DNA from: Crocosphaera subtropica ATCC 51142
GTDB taxonomy: Bacteria; Cyanobacteriota; Cyanobacteriia; Cyanobacteriales; Microcystaceae
Reading direction: 5' to 3'
Assembly (NCBI RefSeq): GCF_000017845.1
Contig: NC_010546.1
Coordinates: 1,710,001-1,742,000 of the forward strand
DNA: 32,000 nucleotides
The translations under genes were made by a program, and so were the position numbers. Under the pieces are notes generated by a model. That model worked only from the letters and a program-made list of their open reading frames with translations. It searched no databases and was not told where the DNA came from. The first letter of the stretch is position 1. The number at the start of each line of letters is the position of its first letter. This document shows, piece after piece, positions 25,578 to 32,000 of the stretch.

Positions 25578-26687
25578 CTAACTTTTAATTAAAAAACTAT
25601 CATTAATTTCAGTAACACTAGGACAACCACTTAAAGCCATCGCCAACAATAATTCATCTTTTAACAATTCTAAAACATGATTAACACCAGCTTCTCCATT
25701 AACCGTTAAACCCCATAAAATTGGTCGACCAATTAACACCGCTTTTGCCCCCAATGCTAAAGCTTTAAACACATCTGTCCCTCTTCTAATACCTCCATCC
25801 ATAATAATATCAATATCATTTCCCACTGCTTCAACAATCTTCGGTAACGCTTCTAAGGTGGTTATTGCACCGTCTAACTGTCTTCCTCCATGATTCGATA
25901 CGATGATACTTTTTACTCCATTTTCGACCGCTAAACGGGCATCATCTGCCCTTAAAATACCTTTTAAAACAATGGGAAGCTTGGTTATAGATTGTAACCA
26001 TTCTAAGTCTTTCCAGGTCAGACTGGGATCGATTTGTTGTTGAAAATATGCAAATAATCCGGACTGATTACTACTATTAGGAATATCTAAATCTTTTAAA
26101 GTAACTAAATTTGCTAATTTTAAGGGTTCGGGCAAGGTAAATTGATTCTTAATATCGATTTCTCTTTTGCCAAGCATGGGGGCATCTACAGTTACACAAA
26201 TAGCTGTATAACCTGCTTTTTCTGCCCTTTCAACTAATGCTTTAGTTAACCCTTTATCCTTATGAATATATAATTGAAACCATCTTAAATTATTTTCTTG
26301 ACAAGCTGCAACCTCTTCTAAACTGGTAGTAGATAATGTGCTTAAAATCAACAAACTTTTTAAGTCAGATAATACTTTAGCGGTGGCTTTTTCTCCGTGG
26401 GGATGAGCTAAACATTGAAAGGCCATCGGTGCAACTCCGATAGGCATTGATAAGGTTTGACCTAACAATTTTGTGGATAAATTAATCTGACTAACATCTA
26501 CTAATACTTTAGGATAAAGTTGATAGTTATTGAAGGATTTTCTATTATTTTTTAAAGTAATTTCATCTAAGGCACCACTACTATAATAACCCCATGTCAT
26601 TGAGGAAAGCTGTTGTTTCGCTAAGGATTCACATTCAAAGAGGTTAATGGGTTTAATCATGAAAACTGAAACTAAAAAATCAATCAA
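25578..26687 (-). CDS. FMN-dependent 2-hydroxy-acid oxidase (glycolate/L-lactate oxidase family)
   Basis: TIM-barrel FMN enzyme motifs (PIGVAPMAFQ, WFQLY, AICVTVDAP, PIVLKGI, VSNHGGRQLDG, DGGIRRGTDVFKALALGA). The true start may be the ATG at 26660 (MIKPINLFE). Confidence 0.85.
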   Translation of the reverse strand: MIDFLVSVFMIKPINLFECESLAKQQLSSMTWGYYSSGALDEITLKNNRKSFNNYQLYPKVLVDVSQINLSTKLLGQTLSMPIGVAPMAFQCLAHPHGEKATAKVLSDLKSLLILSTLSTTSLEEVAACQENNLRWFQLYIHKDKGLTKALVERAEKAGYTAICVTVDAPMLGKREIDIKNQFTLPEPLKLANLVTLKDLDIPNSSNQSGLFAYFQQQIDPSLTWKDLEWLQSITKLPIVLKGILRADDARLAVENGVKSIIVSNHGGRQLDGAITTLEALPKIVEAVGNDIDIIMDGGIRRGTDVFKALALGAKAVLIGRPILWGLTVNGEAGVNHVLELLKDELLLAMALSGCPSVTEINDSFLIKS

Positions 26688-26814
26688 CTAAATGTTATTA
26701 TTGAATAATAGCTTACCTTCTTAACTATATCATGGAAAATTAATATTTTTTATAGAAAAATTATAGATGGGCTAGACTATTAATAGAAAGATCAAATTAA
26801 TAACATATTTAATA

Positions 26815-27447
26815 ATGAAACAAATTATCTGGGGAGGAATTGCTATCATTAATGATCAGTTTTTAACCCATTGGGGTGTTTATATTGAAGGCAAACTAAT
26901 TATTGATGTAGATACGTTTGAAAACTTAAAAAAACGATATCCAAAAACTGAGATTATTGGGGGAGAAAACTTATTATTAATTCCTGGTTTAGTTAATAGT
27001 CATGATCATGGCCGTGTTATTAGTCCCGTGGGATTTAATATTGATGATACTTGGTTAGAATTATGGTTATTACAGTTAGAAAAATTGCCTAATATTGATC
27101 CTGATTTAGCTGCCAGTATTGAAGGAATTACATTACTAAAATCAGGAGTAACAACTGTTTCTCATAGTCATAATCCTAGAAATTGGGATAACCTTTATCA
27201 AGAAGCTTCAGACACCATTAAAGGTTATCAAAATGCTGGTATTCGTGTCGCTTTTCATCCCCCTATTGTTGATCAAAATTTATTAGATTATACTAACAAA
27301 GATCAGGTTTTAAGTTCTTTATCTCCCTCTTTATTACAACAATTTAAAAAATATCAAAATACTCCCTCAATTTCTAATCAAGATTATTTTGCTATTTGTA
27401 GTCAACTATTTAATCATTTAGCTGATATTATTATGTCCATTGATTAA
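26815..27447 (+). pseudogene. N-terminal fragment (210 aa) of a metal-dependent amidohydrolase (chlorohydrolase/deaminase type)
   Basis: Contains the N-terminal beta-sandwich and the first HxH metal motif (LIPGLVNSHDHGR) but lacks the C-terminal half carrying the remaining ligands. The ORF ends inside the 3' end of the convergent gene (4-bp overlap). Confidence 0.55.
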
Positions 27448-29027
27448 GGTTTATAAGGTTTCATTTCTTCCACAAGAGGCATATTTTCTGGGGGTTGATA
27501 GGGGGTAAAATCTTCATCAAAAGGAATTTCTTCTGATGGTTGATAAGGAGGATTATTATCAATTTCTGGTGAAGTTTTTACGGGTTGATTGGGGTTAGCT
27601 GTTTCCACAGGAATAATGATTTGTTGAGGTGGGTTAGGAAGATTATTTTCTACAGGAATAATAATTTCTTGAGGTGGGTTAGAAGGATTATTTTGAATTC
27701 CTCCTGGAATTTGATTATACGGATCAATGCTATCATTTCTCGGTATTTGATAAGGTTTAAATTCATCAACTCTTGTAGTATTTTCTGGGATTTGTGGTAT
27801 TACTGGAGTCGGTATAGTTGGAGGTGCAGGTGTTTCTAATTTTCTCTCAGCAGGATAGGGAAATAAGGCTAAAAATTGCTCTTGTCTTTCTACTTTTGAT
27901 TCTGGTGCATAGTTCCATAAGCTATCATAAAAGAAGAAAGAAACCCCTAAGTTGTTTCGTTTGGCTGCTAAGACTTTTTCTTGTATGAATTCCATTTCAA
28001 TTTGTCGATTTCTTAACCCAGTTAAAATACCAATACCGGTAGGAATTTTTTGCCTTGTTTCTTTAATTTCTGGCTTTTCTATTTGTCTAATAAATGTCTC
28101 TAAATCTGGCCGATAAACCTGTACAACTATTTCATCAACAAGATCCTTTTTGACCCAAGTAAACCAATCTTGTAAAGCACCTTGATAAGCCGTATCATAA
28201 GGGTTAGGAGAAACTGAAAAAATAGCATTACTTTTCTTCGCTTTTATTGCTTGATTCAATTGAGAAACATAGGCCGTTAATTTATCAGCGCGCCATTTTA
28301 ACCAAGCCGGATCTTCGTGGTTAGCAGGGGGATCTTTTTCTGTTTCTTTTTTATATAAATTAACCGTATATTGATCGTAACCTAACTCACTGGGTAAGCT
28401 TAAATGATCGTCAAATTGAATACCATCGACATCATATAAGTCCATCACTTCCATCACTAAAGAAGTAATAAATTTTTGTACTTCGGGACGAAAGGGGTTC
28501 AACCATACTACCTCGCCAGCTGCGCTGATGGTGGTTTGGGTTCCGTCTCGTTTCTGAGTCAACCATTGAGGGTGTTTTTTGGCTAATTCTGAACTGGGTG
28601 GGGCCATAAACCCAAATTCAAACCAAGGTAATACTAATAAGTCTTTAGCGTGGGCTTTGCTAATTAAATCTGTCAAGGGATCTTGTCCTTGGAAACCCTT
28701 ATGAACAAAAGGTTGTATTCCTTCTCTTTCGGTGATCGTACTTGGATAAAGAGCATAACCAGAATTCCAAACCACCGGATAAACGGTATTGAAATTAAGA
28801 CGGGATAATTGGGCGATCGCTTCTTCTAGTTTAGGTTGATCAAGTAACGTCTCGGTGTCATTGGTGGTTAACCAAACCCCCCGAATTTCTGTATTAGGAG
28901 GAGAAAAAGCAAAAATGGGATGACTAAGCAATAAAATACTGAAAAAGGTAGCTAAAAATAGTTTTAAAAAGCGATATTTTAATAAAGATCGCCAACTTTG
29001 ATTAAAAATAGACCATCTCATAAGCAA
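27444..29027 (-). CDS. GHL10 (DUF187) family glycoside-hydrolase-like protein with a C-terminal Pro-rich repeat tail
   Basis: Signal sequence. IRGVWLTT...FNTVYPVVWNSGYALYPS, LLVLPWFEFGF, DGIQFDDH. The last ~130 aa are Pro/Asn/Gln-rich with repeated units. Confidence 0.75.
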   Translation of the reverse strand: MLMRWSIFNQSWRSLLKYRFLKLFLATFFSILLLSHPIFAFSPPNTEIRGVWLTTNDTETLLDQPKLEEAIAQLSRLNFNTVYPVVWNSGYALYPSTITEREGIQPFVHKGFQGQDPLTDLISKAHAKDLLVLPWFEFGFMAPPSSELAKKHPQWLTQKRDGTQTTISAAGEVVWLNPFRPEVQKFITSLVMEVMDLYDVDGIQFDDHLSLPSELGYDQYTVNLYKKETEKDPPANHEDPAWLKWRADKLTAYVSQLNQAIKAKKSNAIFSVSPNPYDTAYQGALQDWFTWVKKDLVDEIVVQVYRPDLETFIRQIEKPEIKETRQKIPTGIGILTGLRNRQIEMEFIQEKVLAAKRNNLGVSFFFYDSLWNYAPESKVERQEQFLALFPYPAERKLETPAPPTIPTPVIPQIPENTTRVDEFKPYQIPRNDSIDPYNQIPGGIQNNPSNPPQEIIIPVENNLPNPPQQIIIPVETANPNQPVKTSPEIDNNPPYQPSEEIPFDEDFTPYQPPENMPLVEEMKPYKP

Positions 29028-29371
29028 GTAATTAACCGTGAGTCAAATTATTCTATAGTTTAGCGATCATTCTTAACATTGTCGTATTAATCAACAAATA
29101 GAAATAATTTTTTGTAATCTGACATCTTGCACCAGTACAAGAAAACTCAGCAATAAAAGACAGAAAATAAATTCTTAATCAGTTACTATTAAAATGAACC
29201 CTGTTGCCTGTTCAGAAAAGAAGAAGAAAAATAGTCTTTTATAACCTCTCAAATATTTATTTGCTCTAAGAAAACTTTAAATAATCTCCCCTGCTTACCT
29301 CAACTAATAATCTCTATTGTTAATAAAGAGAATTCGTATAAGATAGGTTGTGAGGACTGTGGAACTTATTT

Positions 29372-29920
29372 TTATCTGGTGCGTAATTCAATCCTATCCT
29401 CTTTAATTACCACATCATAATGACCATAAAATGTCTGTCCTAACAGTCCAATAGGTAAAGAGGGATTAATGGCCACTTGCAAATTAGAAGAGGTGAGTTC
29501 CCCTGCTTTGACCGAAGATACTGTACTCAGACCAATGGGAACTACACCCCCGGCAGTTTGGGAAAAGGCCCCGGCTTGGGCTTTTATCCCCATTGCCTCA
29601 GCCATACCCGTACTAATGGTAATGCCACTCGCCCCAGTATCAAATAACATTTCAAAAGTATGTCGCCCATTAAAAGTCACATCAACTACTGGAATACCAG
29701 AATCTCTGCGTTTGATAGGAACAGTAAATACTCCGGTTTTAGGGGAAGCCGAAGGTTGGGAAGAGTTAGAACCACCACCACAAAGATGACCAAGATCAAT
29801 ATTTTGACCATTAGCCCCTTGTAAAAAACAAGATTGTTGCGCTTGGGTTGGTACGAAAGAGGAACTCAACACCATCCCTGTGACGACAATACTGGTACTA
29901 AGAATTTGTTTAACAGCCAT
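29372..29920 (-). CDS. Secreted retropepsin-like (clan AA) aspartic protease
   Basis: Signal peptide, then a single-lobe aspartic-protease domain with FDTGASGITIS (D-T/S-G-A motif) and a distal hydrophobic-hydrophobic-Gly (IGLLGQ). Confidence 0.7.
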   Translation of the reverse strand: MAVKQILSTSIVVTGMVLSSSFVPTQAQQSCFLQGANGQNIDLGHLCGGGSNSSQPSASPKTGVFTVPIKRRDSGIPVVDVTFNGRHTFEMLFDTGASGITISTGMAEAMGIKAQAGAFSQTAGGVVPIGLSTVSSVKAGELTSSNLQVAINPSLPIGLLGQTFYGHYDVVIKEDRIELRTR

Positions 29921-30126
29921 GATAACAAATAACTGGTAGAGAGCTTTATGGTTTAATATGCCCAGAATGATAAGGATAATTTACACAATAGGTTATCTTA
30001 TAATAATTGCTCAGCTATGATAGGTATCACATTTAACCAACGATAAAAATCATACTCTGAGGAGCAATTTTTTAGAGAGATTTGGGAATACTCGATAATA
30101 AATGCTACTTTACCATGCGTAATTCT

Positions 30127-30723
30127 ATGAAAATCGCCCTTACTCTCTTCACAACCCTTGTTTCTAGTAGTTTAATCATGGCAGGTTCAGTTACTGCTCA
30201 AGATTATTCTCGCAGTCGTTCCCGTAACGTTGATAATTGCGATTATGGTAATTATATGGTGACAAATAATGGTCGCTGTGTGGATTTATCTGGAGATGAT
30301 TCCAACCGTTATAATTTTTATGAGCAGAAGTTTTTTACAGCTTTGAAAAATGCAGGAATTTCTATTAGTTATGAAACTTGTGAAGCTGGTTTATTAGGGT
30401 ATTATCAGCCTGATTATAATCGAATGACCATGTGTCAAAATAATCGACAAGACTTTAATCTTTATATCGAAACCTTAGCCCATGAAAGTTGGCACGTTGT
30501 TCAAGATTGTGCTGCCGGGTTAAATAATGGAGAAGTGGTTCCTATTATGAATGCTGATTCTTCTACTTTTCGCTCTATTTTAGCTAGTTTAGGTTCAGCG
30601 GATTGGGAAAGTTTAAATCTCTATGACCCCCAAGATTTACCCTACGAAGGGGAAGCCTTTCTCATGGAAAAACATCCCGATAAGGTATTACAAGCCTTAA
30701 ATGCTTGTGCTACTGGCCGTTAA
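30127..30723 (+). CDS. Secreted hypothetical protein with an HExxH motif (putative zinc metalloprotease)
   Basis: ATG at 30127 gives the signal peptide MKIALTLFTTLVSSSLIMAGSVTAQ. Contains LAHESWHVVQD (HExxH) and several Cys. The upstream track start at 30082 is unlikely. Confidence 0.55.
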   Translation: MKIALTLFTTLVSSSLIMAGSVTAQDYSRSRSRNVDNCDYGNYMVTNNGRCVDLSGDDSNRYNFYEQKFFTALKNAGISISYETCEAGLLGYYQPDYNRMTMCQNNRQDFNLYIETLAHESWHVVQDCAAGLNNGEVVPIMNADSSTFRSILASLGSADWESLNLYDPQDLPYEGEAFLMEKHPDKVLQALNACATGR

Positions 30724-30833
30724 GGTTATTTTAAATCCATTCTCAAAAGTTACTAGAGACTTAATTAATATTAACTGGTCATTAATCACTCACGCTAACA
30801 CTCGATCATCACCTATTTTTCTTAAACTCAGGT

Positions 30834-30839
30834 TATAAT
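30834..30839 (+). promoter_or_regulatory. Consensus -10 hexamer TATAAT upstream of the tRNA gene
   Basis: TATAAT lies 14 nt before tRNA position 1. No convincing -35 was seen. Confidence 0.3.
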
Positions 30840-30853
30840 AGGCAATGGTAAAT

Positions 30854-31195
30854 GGGGCTGTGGCTCAGTTGGATAGAGCAAGCGCCTCCTGAGCAATCGG
30901 GCATCCTGTACGGAAACGTCAGGCATGAATGTGGTCAAATTCAAGGAAGCCTAAGTCTAGACATTAGATAGGGTAATCTTGAGCCAAGCTCTACGTCCCT
31001 GGTAGAGAAGGTGCAGAGACTGGTTATCAGTGACCTAGGGGAAATTTGAATTAAGGGTATAACAACAACGCTGATAACGTAACGGCCACCACCTACGGAT
31101 AAAAAATTATCTAGGGTGAAGGAATAGTCCAGAGAGTAGGGAAACCTACACCAATCTGAAGCGCTAGGTCGCCGGTTCAAATCCGGCCAGTCCCG
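30854..31195 (+). tRNA. tRNA-Arg(CCU) gene interrupted by a group I intron in the anticodon loop
   Basis: The 5' exon (30854-30890) is GGGGCTG TG GCTC AGTTGGATA GAGC A AGCGC CTCCT. The 3' exon (31159-31195) is AA GCGCT AGGTC GCCGG TTCAAAT CCGGC CAGTCCC G. Joined, they fold into a cloverleaf with one G-U pair in the acceptor stem and anticodon loop CU-CCU-AA. Confidence 0.9.
30891..31158 (+). ncRNA. Group I (IC3-like) self-splicing intron, 268 nt, no ORF
   Basis: The 5' splice site follows U and the intron ends in G (31158). Conserved core segments resemble bacterial tRNA introns such as the Azoarcus tRNA-Ile intron: GGTCAAATTC, GAAGCCTAAG, GAGCCAAGC, GAAGGTGCAGAGACT, CCACCTACGG. Confidence 0.9.
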
Positions 31196-31424
31196 TTTAA
31201 TACTAAATCCGATTGCCATAACCCTCTTTTGTAAAAGCAGGGGAGCAGGGAGAGAGAAATCTATAAGTAGGTTTTTGTTTGCGGATTTGGTCTAATATTT
31301 ACACTCAGTTCGCAAAAATTGCTTATTGAGCCAAGTAGGGGGAGCAGAGGGAGTAGAGAAGAACTTTTGTGTTACACCAAATTCAATCTCAACTCCGAAC
31401 TCCTCATATAACCCCGAACTCAGG

Positions 31425-32000
31425 TTACTTTAAGCTTTCTGTTAGCTGCTCTTTAGCAGTTAATAAGGCTTCAGATAGTTTACTGGGTTCTCGCCCTCCA
31501 GCTTGGGCTAAGTTAGGACGACCGCCACCGCCACCCCCGCATATTTTAGCAATTTGTCCGATGAATTTTCCAGCTTGAAGTTGCTTTTCTTGATTGACTT
31601 TTTTACTAAAAGCTGCTACTAAACTCACTTTTCCTTCTGAGGGAATTGACCCTAAAATAACCGCTCCTTCTCCTAGTTTTTGCTGTAATCTTTCCGCTGC
31701 GGTTTGCAAAGCTTTTGCGTCCATTTCTCCCATGTCTGAAACCAAAAGTTTAAACTCACCAATGGACTCAGCTTCGGTTAATAATTGGTCAGATTTGGCT
31801 ACAGCCAGGTCTTGTTTAACCGCTTCTAATTCCTTTTGAGTGGTTTTGAGTTCAGACTGTAAAGTAGTAATACGATCGCTAATTTCTTCGGGTTTAATTT
31901 TAAAGCGATCGCAGAGATCCTTAACCACCGTTTCCCGTACTTTTAAATACTCTAAAACCGCTGGTCCGGCCACCGCTTCAATACGTCTTACCCCTGAAGA
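31425..32000 (-). CDS. alaS: Alanine--tRNA ligase, C-terminal part (5'-partial at window edge)
   Basis: The frame stays open to base 32000 (..SSGVRRIEAVAGPAV..). C-terminal coiled coil plus a DHHA1-type domain with the hallmark GGGGGGRPNLAQAGG. Confidence 0.93.
   Translation of the reverse strand, partial: SSGVRRIEAVAGPAVLEYLKVRETVVKDLCDRFKIKPEEISDRITTLQSELKTTQKELEAVKQDLAVAKSDQLLTEAESIGEFKLLVSDMGEMDAKALQTAAERLQQKLGEGAVILGSIPSEGKVSLVAAFSKKVNQEKQLQAGKFIGQIAKICGGGGGGRPNLAQAGGREPSKLSEALLTAKEQLTESLK

Noticed and set aside
27585-29789. Plus-strand ORFs 27585-27839 and 29469-29789
   Set aside because: Antisense shadows of the Pro-rich tail of the GHL10 gene and of the aspartic protease gene.
30941-31219. 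92-aa minus-strand ORF
   Set aside because: It lies entirely over the group I intron and 3' exon of the tRNA-Arg gene and is an artefact of structured RNA sequence.
31237-31363. Two purine-rich blocks (GCAGGGGAGCAGGGAGAGAGAA at 31237-31258; GTAGGGGGAGCAGAGGGAGTAGAGAAGAA at 31335-31363). A related GCAGGGGAG 9-mer occurs in reverse orientation near 29292-29300.
   Set aside because: The blocks are short and imperfect, with no flanking structure or ORF relationship that I could interpret. They may be a dispersed genomic repeat, but the evidence in this window is too thin.
31369-31839. Plus-strand ORFs 31369-31578 and 31594-31839
   Set aside because: Antisense to the alaS C-terminal region. The poly-Pro stretch is the complement of the GGGGGG codons.

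Overview
This is cyanobacterial chromosomal DNA. Evidence: the HIP1 octamer GCGATCGC recurs, and ndhD, gatA, alaS and an intron-bearing tRNA are present. It is A+T-rich and resembles unicellular Cyanothece/Crocosphaera, but the species cannot be determined here.

Positions ~1.3-16.8 kb form a mosaic copper/heavy-metal homeostasis island containing:
- an OmpR-type response regulator and sensor kinase pair, convergent on ndhD;
- a secreted Met/His-rich gene split by a complete IS630-family element;
- a MerR-type regulator, a P1B (CopA-type) ATPase and a membrane cupredoxin in one operon;
- a decayed Cys-rich four-helix-bundle gene remnant;
- a RelE-type TA pair;
- an RND pump, a YtkA-like lipoprotein and a membrane-fusion protein. 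This operon is interrupted by an oppositely oriented YefM/YoeB TA pair and by copies of a ~60-bp palindromic element (five in the window).

An 18-bp direct-repeat box, followed 15 nt later by a -10-like hexamer, lies upstream of three of these units. It is the best candidate for the operator of the adjacent regulator.

The right half carries housekeeping genes: an alpha/beta hydrolase, gatA, an ABC exporter, an FMN-dependent 2-hydroxy-acid oxidase and the 3' part of alaS. It also carries two GHL10/DUF187-like paralogues, a very A+T-rich membrane protein with a lipase-like nucleophile elbow, and two secreted putative proteases. Several genes there are decayed: a toxin killed by an 11-bp tandem duplication, a truncated antitoxin, a truncated Rpn/DUF2887 gene and a truncated amidohydrolase. 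A tRNA-Arg(CCU) gene is interrupted by a 268-nt group I intron.

No CRISPR array, rRNA or prophage was seen. All calls were made by eye from the sequence and ORF track; no database search was run.
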